Shown: positions 10,798 through 21,207, counted from the first letter of the stretch. The stretch is DNA of 51,365 nucleotides from Candidatus Hodarchaeota archaeon (GCA_048886685.1 JBHLKM010000023.1:1-51365), one strand, 5' to 3'. Made by a program: numbers and translations. The notes: generated by a model not told the origin, from the letters alone.

Positions 10798-11313
10798 GTG
10801 ATATTTATGTCAAATGGAAAAGGATTAGGTATTCTAGCATTTATAATAGGAATATCAGGTTTAGGGTTGGGAGTTTATACGATAGTTTTCCCCCAAGTCC
10901 AAGATGTTGACACTAATTTCGGAATTCAAAACACATGGTTCAAATATGATTCAGCAGCGTATGCCACTAATCCCCCTGCTACAGATATAGAGATAGCTGC
11001 CCTTACAATTAATTTTACAGTAAATTCAGGAGAATCAGTATATTTTCTTTTTGATACTTTTGCTCTTGTATCGGGAGCGGGATTAGCAATAATTCAATTT
11101 GCATTTGTGTTAGATGGATTAATAAAGTCTCCTCCTAATTATCCTGAAGTGTATTTCGCAAGTGATAGTGTAGATCAATACGGTTCAGTTACCCTTCAAA
11201 TTGCAAAAGTAATCTCTGCTGGTTCTCATAATTTAACAATTTGTATAAAAGGTTCGCATACGACTAATGGGATTAAAGATAGCACTTTGTTAGTTCAAAC
11301 ATTTATCCCTTAA
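10798..11313 (+). CDS. Hypothetical N-terminally membrane-anchored beta-rich protein
   Basis: Single N-terminal TM helix followed by a beta-strand-rich domain. Confidence 0.6.
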   Translation: MIFMSNGKGLGILAFIIGISGLGLGVYTIVFPQVQDVDTNFGIQNTWFKYDSAAYATNPPATDIEIAALTINFTVNSGESVYFLFDTFALVSGAGLAIIQFAFVLDGLIKSPPNYPEVYFASDSVDQYGSVTLQIAKVISAGSHNLTICIKGSHTTNGIKDSTLLVQTFIP

Positions 11314-11397
11314 AGTAGCAAGAGAATAGCATTTTGATTAAAAGTTAAATCATATTTTTTTTATTTTCTCTATATCAAGCAATAATAATTTTTATTT

Positions 11398-11580
11398 CGG
11401 ATATTCAACAATACTAATCACAGTATTTTATCGACGATATTATTGCATTTTTGCGTCAATTTTTTCGGAGAATTATTTTCAATGGGCGTTCAAGTCAGAA
11501 TAATTAGCAACATTATCGTTTTTATCTTTGCTATCTTGGTTGTGCTAATCTATGGATATAGACATCTCACTCGTACCTAG
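11398..11580 (+). pseudogene. CPBP (Abi/CAAX protease) C-terminal remnant
   Basis: RIFNNTNHSILSTILLHFCVNFFGELF...* matches the W.Y..T.S....hhH...N motif. An in-frame TAA lies at 11386 and there is no start codon before the motif. Confidence 0.65.
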
Positions 11581-11857
11581 AAAGCTATCATCTGATTGTA
11601 GAAAGATATAGGAACTAAATGAAAAAGAATTGTATTAAAACATAATAATATTAGTGGATCCTGCGCTATTCAATTTACAAGATGGCGTGGATTTAATAAT
11701 AATTCCTAATCAAACACCATACCGTTTAGCCTGCAATTTCCACCCAAAAGTACCAAATATTTTATAATTTATGGAACATAATGAGTAGAGTTATAAATTT
11801 TCATAGAAAGTAATAACATAATACTCATAATTTAATAAACTGGGTTAGAAAAAAACC

Positions 11858-13360
11858 ATGGATTATGAAAAGGATTTCTCTAAAATGAAAGAGGGTAATA
11901 CGTTTAAATACTTCTACAATGGAAACTGGTGTGAGTCAAACACTGGCAAGACTATAGCGCTCCGGAATCCCTATAATAATGAAATCGTAGGGAATATTCA
12001 GTCCTGTAACAAAGAGGAAGCTGATGAAATAATAAATTGTGCAAAGGAGAATGTTGCTTGTTGGATCGATACACCAATTAATGAGAGAGCTGAGGTTTTA
12101 AGAAAAGCAGCAAATATAATGACTGAATATTCTAAAGATTTAGGGGAAATTTTAATGAAAGAAATTGGAAAACCCTTGAATAGTGCAATTTCTGAGATTC
12201 TTAGAACAGCTGACATTTTTAATATGACTGCAGAATCTGGAACTCTTATGGGGGGAGAAACGATAATGGGAGATGCTTTTGAAGGGTTTACACGAGAAAA
12301 AATATCTTTAACCTATAGAGTGCCTCTTGGTGTTGTCTTATGCATTGGACCTTTTAATTATCCGTTCAATCTTACGGGTTCTAAGATTGCTCCTGCGTTA
12401 ATAGCAGGAAATTCCATAGTTATGAAACCTCCAACACAAGGAGCGATTACCCCTCTTCATTTTGGGGTGATTTTAGAAAAAGCAGGAGTCCCTTCAGGAG
12501 TTTTTAATATAATAACCGGACGAGGATCTGAGATCGGGGATTATTTAGTTAGTCACCCTCTAATAGATATGGTTAGTTTCACCGGTTCGTCAGAAACAGG
12601 GAAAAATCTTGCGAAAGTAGCAGGTATGAAGCCACTTCTTTTAGAATTAGGGGGAAAGGATGCCGCAATAGTGCTTGATGATGCGGATATAGAAATAACA
12701 ACTAAAGCAATTTTATCTGGAGCGTTTTCTTTTAGTGGACAGAGATGTACAGCAGTAAAAAGAGTGATACCTATGCCCAATATTGCAGATGAGCTGGTAA
12801 ATCGAGTAACAAATGAGGTTCGTAATCTTAGCATAGGTGATCCTGCTGAAAATAAGACAATAGGACCTTTAATAAATTCAAAACAATGTGATTATGTACA
12901 AGGATTAATTAATGATGCTTTAGATAAAGGGGCGTTATTAAAATATGGCAATCGAAGAGAAGGAAACATAATCTGGCCCACTGTTTTAGATAATGTCACT
13001 ACAGATATGAGAGTTGCGTGGGAAGAACCATTTGGACCAGTTCTTCCTTTCATTAGAGTTGAAAGTATTGATAAGGCTATAGAAATATCAAATGCTTCTG
13101 AATATGGACTTCAAGGAATGATATTCACTGCGGATATTGATCTTGCATTTAACATTGCTCAAGAATTAGAAGTAGGAACAATACAAATAAATGGTAAAAG
13201 TGCTCGTGGACCTGATCATTTTCCATTTTTGGGTACTAAATCTTCAGGATTAGGCACTCAAGGAATAAAATATTCAATTGAAGCAATGAGCCGTCCAAAA
13301 GTAGTAGTTATGAATCTTACAGAGAAGGGCAAACTTATTCGAGAGTGTAGGGTAGATTAA
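11858..13360 (+). CDS. gapN: Non-phosphorylating NADP-dependent glyceraldehyde-3-phosphate dehydrogenase
   Basis: PFNYP, KPPTQG, FTGS, LELGGKD, FSGQRCTAVKR, EEPFGP and RGPDHFPFLG.K.SG.GTQGIKYSIEAM. Confidence 0.9.
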   Translation: MDYEKDFSKMKEGNTFKYFYNGNWCESNTGKTIALRNPYNNEIVGNIQSCNKEEADEIINCAKENVACWIDTPINERAEVLRKAANIMTEYSKDLGEILMKEIGKPLNSAISEILRTADIFNMTAESGTLMGGETIMGDAFEGFTREKISLTYRVPLGVVLCIGPFNYPFNLTGSKIAPALIAGNSIVMKPPTQGAITPLHFGVILEKAGVPSGVFNIITGRGSEIGDYLVSHPLIDMVSFTGSSETGKNLAKVAGMKPLLLELGGKDAAIVLDDADIEITTKAILSGAFSFSGQRCTAVKRVIPMPNIADELVNRVTNEVRNLSIGDPAENKTIGPLINSKQCDYVQGLINDALDKGALLKYGNRREGNIIWPTVLDNVTTDMRVAWEEPFGPVLPFIRVESIDKAIEISNASEYGLQGMIFTADIDLAFNIAQELEVGTIQINGKSARGPDHFPFLGTKSSGLGTQGIKYSIEAMSRPKVVVMNLTEKGKLIRECRVD

Positions 13361-13461
13361 TCAAAAAAAAACTTTCTTTAAAAGTTATAAATCATCATAA
13401 CTCTATCGTCTAATAGAATATAATATCAACTTTTTTTAAACAAAATCTCCTACAGGATATT

Positions 13462-13830
13462 ATGACACTTGAAAGAAAAGATGTTCCTAAAAGCTTTATT
13501 CCCATTTTTATGATATGGATTTTCCTATGCAATATTATGGCGATAATCTTAGCAATTATTTGGAATATTCAATTTCCCCAGAGCTTTTATTTTGATGCAA
13601 CAGTCTCAATGTATATCATTATTGCGATCAATATTCTAAGTATCATTTTATTATATCCATTACCTCGCATGGATCCAATAACTCCATTTCTAAAGAGTGC
13701 GATCATTTGGTTTATAGTAATAACGATAGTTTATGTCATTTTGGGTGCTTACATTGCACTTATACCTGGAACCGCACAATTACTAGGAGATCTATGGTTT
13801 CATTGGAAGCGGAATAAGCTGATAGGATGA
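13462..13830 (+). CDS. Small membrane protein (paralog of 28357-28725)
   Basis: 3-4 TM helices; a near-identical second copy exists, including about 40 bp of upstream sequence. Confidence 0.8.
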   Translation: MTLERKDVPKSFIPIFMIWIFLCNIMAIILAIIWNIQFPQSFYFDATVSMYIIIAINILSIILLYPLPRMDPITPFLKSAIIWFIVITIVYVILGAYIALIPGTAQLLGDLWFHWKRNKLIG

Positions 13831-13927
13831 ACCTAGACAAGATAAACGATAAATTTACATCAATTATTATCAGATTAATAAATTGGATATTGTTATTCAC
13901 AACAATACCTTAGATTTTAACATTATG

Positions 13928-14008
13928 GATTTATTCAATAATTAAAAAGAAGAAAAAAATTATTCAAAATTAGATTAAAATTACGAATATAATATTGGAA
14001 AATAAAGG
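13928..14008. repeat. 81-bp direct repeat, copy 1 (copy 2 at 17821-17901)
   Basis: gatttattcaataattaaaaagaag...ggaaaataaagg; 2 mismatches between copies. Confidence 0.95.
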
Positions 14009-14049
14009 ATTTAGTATATACCAAATAAAAGCTCAGAACTAAGCATAAA

Positions 14050-15306
14050 TTATTTAACAATTTCTGGTTTTATGACTGCTCTAGAGACTTGCTCGGTAGT
14101 AATGGTTTTCCTATTATCATATCCAAATTTTAAAACCAGAAATCCGATAATGAAAGGCACGGTACTTAGAAGGCTTAAAAATAAGGCGTATGGTAGATTT
14201 CCATTGAACGAAAGCAAAATACCTCCAATTATAGGGCCTATAATCTGAGCTATATTATCTATTCCAGTTGTGATTCCCATTATTTTACCTTGATTTCGTT
14301 GGTCAACAGACCGACTTGTAAAACCAGTTATAATTCCTTGTGATGTTGATCCTGCAAAACTAAGAAAGAACAGAAGAATCACCAACTCCCATGCTTGAGT
14401 GACAAAAGCAAAGAATAGATATGTAAATATATAAGTACCTAATCCTACAAGTGCAGTATTTGGATCTCCAATCCTAGTTCTTAACCGATTGAACACTAGT
14501 AATCTGAATATTATTTGATATACACCTAAAACTGTTAACAGAATTCCAACTACTAAAGGTTCCAGACCAAGACGAATACCAGCGAAAAGACTAAAGGTTG
14601 TCTGAAGAATACCACCTGTAATTGCTAGAAAACTATATTGTATTACAAGAATTAAAGTTTTATTATTTTGCCAAATAGAAGATGACTTAATAACAATCTC
14701 AGGAATTTCTGAGAAATTTTCTTGCCATTCAGCACCCTTTAACTTGCTTGGTAAACTTTCCTTTAAATAAATTGATGTATAAACAAGGGAAAATCCAGTT
14801 AATACTGTTGCAAGAACACCAGGTCCTATAAAGCCGAAAGAAGCCAATAATCCCCCTATAGCAGGGCCTATTAAGAATGCTAAGCCGAAAGCTATTCCAA
14901 TATTTGTCATTTGTTTTGGTCGATCTTCGGGAGATACTACATCACCAATTATTGCTTTTGCTATCGGGAATTGGCCGCTAAATATTCCATCAATAATTCT
15001 TGAAATTAATAAAACTATAATATTGTTAGAAAATATTAGAATTATAAAACCCAAAAAAGTTCCCGCTAAAGAAATTAACATAATAGGTTTTCGACCATAG
15101 GTATCACTCAATTTACTAAGTATTGGTCCAAAAAAGAATCCAAAAATCGCATTTGAACTTAATAAAAATCCGATTATTGCTGGTGAGACATTAAATTCAG
15201 CAATAAAAAATGGTAAAAAGGGAAGGATAATACTAAATCCAAGAATATCCACAAAAACAGAAATCCAAAGAGGTTTGAGATTTGTATATTTATATTTCTT
15301 TGTCAT
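14050..15306 (-). CDS. MFS transporter, TetA/DHA1-like
   Basis: D.LGFSIILP.LP, LSDTYGRKP motif A, GPAIGG motif C. Confidence 0.9.
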   Translation of the reverse strand: MTKKYKYTNLKPLWISVFVDILGFSIILPFLPFFIAEFNVSPAIIGFLLSSNAIFGFFFGPILSKLSDTYGRKPIMLISLAGTFLGFIILIFSNNIIVLLISRIIDGIFSGQFPIAKAIIGDVVSPEDRPKQMTNIGIAFGLAFLIGPAIGGLLASFGFIGPGVLATVLTGFSLVYTSIYLKESLPSKLKGAEWQENFSEIPEIVIKSSSIWQNNKTLILVIQYSFLAITGGILQTTFSLFAGIRLGLEPLVVGILLTVLGVYQIIFRLLVFNRLRTRIGDPNTALVGLGTYIFTYLFFAFVTQAWELVILLFFLSFAGSTSQGIITGFTSRSVDQRNQGKIMGITTGIDNIAQIIGPIIGGILLSFNGNLPYALFLSLLSTVPFIIGFLVLKFGYDNRKTITTEQVSRAVIKPEIVK

Positions 15307-15569
15307 AGGAAATTAAAAAAAATAATAGCTAAAAGAATTAGGTTTATATTCTATTCACTTTAGTTTTCTTTCAATAACCTAAAATAGGTAATAACTGCCT
15401 CTAAATTTTATTTCATAAATCAGTATAAATAAAATTTCAGTAATTTTGTAAGTTTATATAAAATAAATAAAAACAGTAAATCGTTTTTTTACATTACAGA
15501 AATCCTTCAAATTTTGATCATTCATAAGCAGAATGCTTTTATCATTCAATCACTGCTCTATTAATATGA

Positions 15570-15646
15570 ATATTGCCATTCTACCGACAATGATCAAATT
15601 CAATGCATTTACTAATTACTACTTTTGGCTTTAGGAACACTTTCAT
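15570..15646 (-). pseudogene. DUF523/DUF1722 (YbgA-like) N-terminal remnant
   Basis: MKVFLKPKVVISKCIEFDHCR*NGNI, with a premature TAG at 15581-15583. It lies directly downstream of the photolyase. Confidence 0.7.
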
Positions 15647-15668
15647 AACAAGCCCCTTATTTTAATTC

Positions 15669-17012
15669 TCAGTCATTAAATCTTTCAATATATTTATTTA
15701 TATTAAATTTTCTTTTCATACCATTATAGCTCATATATCTTATTTTACCAAAGATCTTTCTTTCATTCCATGCTCTGTCATGGATACCTCCAATTGACCA
15801 CGCTATTCCCGCATACCCATTAGGATCTCGTCCATCAAGTTCATATTTATTATTCAAAAAGATCGCATATTCCATTGCTATTTCAGGAGTTTCAGTCCAT
15901 TCAAGTAACTTTTTGGCCCAATACATTCGTAAATATCCATGCATCTTACCAGTTTTTACCATCTGTAATTGAGCAGCGTTCCAGAGGTTATCATGAGTTT
16001 TGGCAGTTTCAAATTCTACTAATGAATATATATAATCCCTTTTATCCCTTCTATGAAAATTTAGGGTTGCTAAAGCCCAATCATGAACACCATTAATATT
16101 ATCATAATTAGGTTCATAAAAACAGAAATTATCGGATAATTCCCTCCGCACAATAATTTCATCATAAAAACCACCCTTTAGGTTTGAAATTTTCATAATT
16201 TTATTCGCTTCAAGCACCACTCGTTGAGCAGAGAGATGACCAAAGTGAAGATATGGTGAGAGATTAGAAGTTGCGTCTAAGTTAGGGTCATTTCTGTTTT
16301 GATTGTACAACTTTATTTTTTCCTCTAGAAACTGTTTTAATTTGAAACTTCCTTCTTTTTCCCCGGCATTAAACATTATATTCTGGACACTACTAGTTTC
16401 GACCTTTATATACGTCATCAAATTATCCCAATCAATCTTTTCAGCGCTAATTTTTCCTTCATAAGGATGATTTCTAAGCACAGGAAATTGATCTAGGTAT
16501 TCAGGTAACTTCTTTTGAATTTTGGAGCGTAATGTGTATGCAGCATACTCTTTCTTGTTAGATACTTCCCAGCAAGGAATAATATTATGAGTATCTACTT
16601 CATATAAAGGAATTTTTATTTGATTAAGTAATCCATTAATCCAGCTTCTTTTTAATTTCAAGGGAGAGAAATCAGTTATAACAATACCAATTTGATTATT
16701 ATTAATAAATTCTAATATTTTTCTTTCTGGATCCCCTTTTAATATAAAAAATGGTATATTAAATGATTTCAATCCCTGTTCAACTTGTTTCAAACCCTCA
16801 AGCATAAAATTATAAATACTTAGAGTAGCATCGAGAAAACTTTGTTGTAGTGTGAATATAACGATTAGAGGTTTCTTCTTCTTTATGGCCATTTCTTGAG
16901 CAAATATTAGTGCCCAATTATCATGGATTCTTTGATCTCTGCTCATCCAATAAACGATTGGACCAATACCTTCTTTTTGAACACTGAGTAGTCTAACTCT
17001 TTCCTTTTTCAT
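15669..17012 (-). CDS. phr: Class II CPD DNA photolyase
   Basis: YWMSRDQR..DNWAL, SNLSPYLHFG, RRELSDNFC, MHGYLRMYWAKK, LDGRDPNGY, RYM. Confidence 0.95.
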   Translation of the reverse strand: MKKERVRLLSVQKEGIGPIVYWMSRDQRIHDNWALIFAQEMAIKKKKPLIVIFTLQQSFLDATLSIYNFMLEGLKQVEQGLKSFNIPFFILKGDPERKILEFINNNQIGIVITDFSPLKLKRSWINGLLNQIKIPLYEVDTHNIIPCWEVSNKKEYAAYTLRSKIQKKLPEYLDQFPVLRNHPYEGKISAEKIDWDNLMTYIKVETSSVQNIMFNAGEKEGSFKLKQFLEEKIKLYNQNRNDPNLDATSNLSPYLHFGHLSAQRVVLEANKIMKISNLKGGFYDEIIVRRELSDNFCFYEPNYDNINGVHDWALATLNFHRRDKRDYIYSLVEFETAKTHDNLWNAAQLQMVKTGKMHGYLRMYWAKKLLEWTETPEIAMEYAIFLNNKYELDGRDPNGYAGIAWSIGGIHDRAWNERKIFGKIRYMSYNGMKRKFNINKYIERFND

Positions 17013-17022
17013 TAATTTTACC

Positions 17023-17742
17023 TCAATCTTTTAAACAAAAATCAACAGCAGACTTTAGATGGATTTTAAGGGTATCAAAAAGTGGTATATCAACATCTTC
17101 TTGTTTTATCAATAAAGGTAATTCGGTGCACCCCAAAATTATTCCTTCTGAACCTTTTTCTACTAAATCATTTATTATTTTCAAAAATTTATGTTTAGTC
17201 TTATCTATAAAAATCCCCTTAGCAAATTGATTGTAAATCGTTTCGTGAATATAATTTCTGTCTTTAGCGACAGGGATAATTGGATTTAAATTATATATAT
17301 TTTTTAATTTTTGAGTATAGAAATCTTGTTCCATGGTAAATTTGGTTCCTAATAACCCAATATTCTGAATATTCTTCAGCTTGATTTCTTTAGCGGTTTC
17401 ATCTATAACGTTTATTAATGGTATAGAGATTTTTTCTTGTATTTGATCTGCTACCTTATGCATTGTGTTAGAGCATATTAAAAGTACTTCACACCCTGAG
17501 TTCTTAAGCTGTGTGGAAATCTCAAATACAATCTTACTAATTCTATCCCATTCATTATTATTCTCTAAAAGAAGGATTTCTTCAAAATTAACAGAATAAA
17601 GTAAAATTTTAGCAGAATTCCAACTTCCAAGTCTTTCATTTACCATTTGATTTATAACCGTATAATATTCAATGGTGTTTTCCCAACTCATACCTCCAAT
17701 TAGACCTAATAATTTCATTTTCCTCGCTTCTTTAAATTTCAA
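17023..17742 (-). CDS. Aspartate/glutamate racemase (RacX/YgeA-like)
   Basis: GLIGGMSW, CSNTMH, LLGT, ILGCTELP. Confidence 0.92.
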   Translation of the reverse strand: MKFKEARKMKLLGLIGGMSWENTIEYYTVINQMVNERLGSWNSAKILLYSVNFEEILLLENNNEWDRISKIVFEISTQLKNSGCEVLLICSNTMHKVADQIQEKISIPLINVIDETAKEIKLKNIQNIGLLGTKFTMEQDFYTQKLKNIYNLNPIIPVAKDRNYIHETIYNQFAKGIFIDKTKHKFLKIINDLVEKGSEGIILGCTELPLLIKQEDVDIPLFDTLKIHLKSAVDFCLKD

Positions 17743-17820
17743 ATTAAAAAAGTCATTTTAATTCAAAATTACTCCTTTTATAAAATATAATAATAAACTG
17801 AGATGATAATATTTAGAATT

Positions 17821-17901
17821 GATTTATTCAATAATTAAAAAGAAGAAAAAAATTATTCAAAATTAGATTAAAATTACTAATATACTATTGGAAAATAAAG
17901 G
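17821..17901. repeat. 81-bp direct repeat, copy 2
   Basis: Matches 13928-14008. Confidence 0.95.
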
Positions 17902-17906
17902 TTTTG

Positions 17907-18260
17907 CATAGTATTTTCTCTTTTATTAAATATTTTTTTGAATCAAGCGAATCTATTCTTAAATAAATATATTTCTTTTATAGTTCATTTATTATGGATC
18001 TTTATCGTGATATTCAAAAGAAGTGAAGCAGAATCAAATTAGTAAAAGGATACAAATCTTTATAAGCCTAAGAAACTTAGACCAAAATGCTATTTCAAAC
18101 TGATAAGTTGAGACTATCTAAGAAAAGATTTTACATTGTTCTATTTTTAACTTTAGATTTAGATTTCTTACCAATTACCCGCATTTATCTGAATTTTATA
18201 GTAAAGTCTACAAGCAGTCTGAAAAGTATGAGAAGGTTGAGTTTTTTCATGTGAGTCGCA
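17907..18260. repeat. Orphan copy of the start codon and upstream region of the 6446-7219 gene (7217-7336), continuing as a copy of 876-1151
   Basis: catagtattttctcttttattaaa...aagaagtga aligns with catagcattttctcctttataaaa...aagaagtga. Confidence 0.88.
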
Positions 18261-18331
18261 ATCATTCTTATATTAAGAAATACGACGAGTTAGATAATGC
18301 TGAATTAGATAATGAAGGATTTAAAATTTAA
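18173..18331 (+). pseudogene. RNase HI C-terminal remnant (copy 3)
   Basis: NYPHLSEFYSKVYKQSEKYEKVEFFHVSRNHSYIKKYDELDNAELDNEGFKI* matches the F.HV.R....D.L.N..LD pattern. The N-terminal catalytic half is absent. Confidence 0.65.
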
Positions 18332-18435
18332 AGATACTAAGAGAAAAAAGATAGTTTTATGGATTATCCAACTTAGTAAATTTAATTCTAATATAGAAGA
18401 AGATGGATTATAAAAGAAAAAGAAAATTATAATTA

Positions 18436-19365
18436 TTAATAGAAAGGAATTGGGAAGATTGTGCTAAAAATTATCGAGAGTATGTAAATCAATAAACTAG
18501 CATGATAACGGGGTAGCATTTTAATGGCTTTATTTGATGTTTGATTTTTAAAAAGGATAATATTTGCAGTTATTAATAAGATAAAAGACAGGATAAAACC
18601 TATCAAGGCGATAAACCCAAGTTTAAGTAAGAGTAGTAATATAGCAAATCCAATTTGAATAAGAGTAAAATATGCAATCCATTTGACATTACCTTTAATA
18701 CCATATAAAGTTGTGATCGTTTTTAGATTCTTCGCTTTATCGTTATCATAATCTCCCAGATCATTTAATCCTAAATGAGCTTGTGCCCAGGGATAAAAAA
18801 AAAGCATGATAAAAACGATCGTTATTGAAAACTGTCCATAACATAAAAATCCGGCTACAGGAAATAACGTTAAATCTGTTCTTCCTACTAGTTGGGCGAC
18901 TGGGAATTCTTGTCGCGCCTTTTTCTTCTGATAAAATATTTCGACGGAATATGCATAGATCATGATAAGATACAAATAGAGGTTATTAGGAAATGGTAGG
19001 GTGGCAATTAAAGCTACAGTTATCCCTATAAAAATTATAAAAATAATTAGAGCTTCTTGAATAGAAACAATATCAGTAGATAATGGTCTCTCTTTAAACG
19101 GTCTCCAGTATTTGGTAAATGCATTATCATTTCCTAATTTATCTACCTTTCTATCGACTATATCATTAAGCACCATACCTGCTTCAAATCCAAATAACCC
19201 TATAAAAAATACAGTTATTAGCAAGGGTAAAGAAAAATAATTATATTCTCGAAAGGCGAGCAATAAACCGGAAATGAAGAGTAATGGCCATACTATCGCA
19301 AAATGGGCTCGAGTTAAATCTAAATAAGCTTTTACCTTATTTTTAAATGTCATATTTTTATACAC
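18436..19365 (-). CDS. UbiA-family prenyltransferase
   Basis: NDIVDRKVD, RPL, NDLGDYDND..T aspartate-rich motifs; multiple TM helices. Confidence 0.9.
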   Translation of the reverse strand: MYKNMTFKNKVKAYLDLTRAHFAIVWPLLFISGLLLAFREYNYFSLPLLITVFFIGLFGFEAGMVLNDIVDRKVDKLGNDNAFTKYWRPFKERPLSTDIVSIQEALIIFIIFIGITVALIATLPFPNNLYLYLIMIYAYSVEIFYQKKKARQEFPVAQLVGRTDLTLFPVAGFLCYGQFSITIVFIMLFFYPWAQAHLGLNDLGDYDNDKAKNLKTITTLYGIKGNVKWIAYFTLIQIGFAILLLLLKLGFIALIGFILSFILLITANIILFKNQTSNKAIKMLPRYHASLLIYILSIIFSTIFPIPFY

Positions 19366-19405
19366 CTTATATTATTTATTAAATTGAATTAAATTTAACA
19401 AAATT

Positions 19406-20002
19406 CTATCCATTTCTAACAATGTTTATCCAAGATGATGCAAAATTTTCAATTTGTTTCCAATTCCGAAAATCATTTTTTTGTCCTACTTTTACATTAG
19501 GATCTTTTTTATTTATCATTTTTATTATTTTTTGTTCCAATTTACCCATTTTAGTTTCCTCAGAGAGATCTAGAACACCCCCGAATACATCAAAGAGTTC
19601 CGATTTGAGGCCGTATTTATTTAGTTTTTCTTCAACGTATCTTTTTTTTAATTCAGGGATTTTTGAAGTGTCACTAGCTTCTCCACAAAGAATGAATATC
19701 CCACAGGGTTGATTTCTCTCTTTTACTTTTTCTGAATAATTTTTTAGAAATTTTTTTGCACTTTTGGCCCATTGTCCAGCATAAATACCAGTACCTAATA
19801 AAATGCCTTTATAATCATTTAAATTAAATTGTTTGTTTTTAATAATTTCTTTTAGATTATATACGCTAATATCAATCCCAGATTCTTTTAAAATCTCTCC
19901 AATTTTCACGGCTACATCTTCTGTGCTTCCATAACGTGAACCGTATAAGATAACTGTTTTTTCCATTCTCTCATTATACAATTGTTTAACACCTTTTTTC
20001 AA
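19406..20002 (-). CDS. Flavodoxin-domain protein (HemG-like)
   Basis: ILYGSRYGST, G.GIYAG, FGG, DFRNWKQI..FA. Confidence 0.85.
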   Translation of the reverse strand: MKKGVKQLYNERMEKTVILYGSRYGSTEDVAVKIGEILKESGIDISVYNLKEIIKNKQFNLNDYKGILLGTGIYAGQWAKSAKKFLKNYSEKVKERNQPCGIFILCGEASDTSKIPELKKRYVEEKLNKYGLKSELFDVFGGVLDLSEETKMGKLEQKIIKMINKKDPNVKVGQKNDFRNWKQIENFASSWINIVRNG

Positions 20003-20009
20003 ATTATCT

Positions 20010-20501
20010 TCATAAGGATTTATATCCTTGTATTAATTCTCTTCCAAAATCTTTGCATTTTGGGAGATCCTCATTTGCTATAGGTCCTTTCATACCATCT
20101 ACTTTTATGGACAGTCCTGGACTTAGTTTTGTTAAATTCGGCATCTTTTCACTGATCTGTTTCTCAATTTTATCCAACATTTTCGTATAAGAACATATTC
20201 CCTCTTCAGGTGTCTCAGAATCTCCTAGCATATAAGTATCAAATACAGAGTAAGTATGTACTTTTAATTGAGCTTTTGGAAGTTTATTAATAAATTTCTT
20301 TACCGAGCCTACATGCTTTCCAAAATGAATTGGAGATCCGATTAAAATTAAGTCATAGGAAGCTTCCTTTTTGAGGTTTACATCTTTTACATTATTAACT
20401 ATTACTTCATTTCCTTCAGTAGAAGTGATTCCTTCAGCAATTAATTTGGCTACTTTTTCAGTATTTCCATATTTTGTATCATAAACTATTAATACTTTCA
20501 C
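20010..20501 (-). CDS. Flavodoxin
   Basis: IVYDTKYGNTEKVA, IGSP.H.G, VFDT, KGP. Confidence 0.88.
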   Translation of the reverse strand: MKVLIVYDTKYGNTEKVAKLIAEGITSTEGNEVIVNNVKDVNLKKEASYDLILIGSPIHFGKHVGSVKKFINKLPKAQLKVHTYSVFDTYMLGDSETPEEGICSYTKMLDKIEKQISEKMPNLTKLSPGLSIKVDGMKGPIANEDLPKCKDFGRELIQGYKSL

Positions 20502-20751
20502 TTTAAATCCCTCTTTTTAAATTATATTTCATTCCTGTGATTTGTATAATTTTTATATTTAATTCTTTTTTTTAGATTTTTTTCAACTATTTTGAAAAAA
20601 AATTGTCAATCTTCTAATATAATGCCTTACATATAAAGATTTTGATTTTTTTCTAATAAATTAAATTTATCCTTGGAAAATATACAAGAAAAATCTTTAA
20701 AATTATAAAAATTCCAGATAATTTTAAATTCTAAAAAAATATTACTTAATT

Positions 20752-21207
20752 ATGGATGATCTTGATCTTCAAATTATAAAAAAATTGCAAGAAAATGCTA
20801 AATTATCTTATCAGCAAATAGCGAAAATGCTAAAAACTCCTACAAGTACTATTCACTTTAGAGTTCAAAAGATGATCGAAGAGAAAATAATTGTAAGGTT
20901 TACTTCTATTATAGATGTAGGAAAATTGGGTTATGAAACAGTTGGTTGGGTCGGATTATCTATAGATCCTTTAAGAACAGAGGATATGGCTAAAAAGATA
21001 GCTTCTTTTAGTGAAGTAAGAATGGTGACCACTACTGGTGGGACTCATAATATTGTAATTCAGATTTTAGCTAAGGACGAAAAAGAATTATGGAATTTCA
21101 TACGAGATAACATCCAAACAATTGAAGGCGTAAAAGAAATTGATGTTAGTTCATCCTTAAAAGTTTATAAATGGGAGACCTGCTATTTTTTTAACCTTCC
21201 AGATTAA
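20752..21207 (+). CDS. Lrp/AsnC transcriptional regulator
   Basis: MDDLDLQIIKKLQENAK HTH followed by a RAM domain. Confidence 0.92.
   Translation: MDDLDLQIIKKLQENAKLSYQQIAKMLKTPTSTIHFRVQKMIEEKIIVRFTSIIDVGKLGYETVGWVGLSIDPLRTEDMAKKIASFSEVRMVTTTGGTHNIVIQILAKDEKELWNFIRDNIQTIEGVKEIDVSSSLKVYKWETCYFFNLPD

Noticed and set aside
11650-11770. Short coding-like frame LVDPALFNLQDG...
   Set aside because: No clear start and no recognisable motif.
662-18331. Dispersed repeats as a MITE/IS, CRISPR or DGR template-variable pair
   Set aside because: No terminal inverted repeats, transposase, regular spacers or reverse transcriptase. Mismatches are not obviously adenine-specific, and the repeats are gene or promoter remnants.
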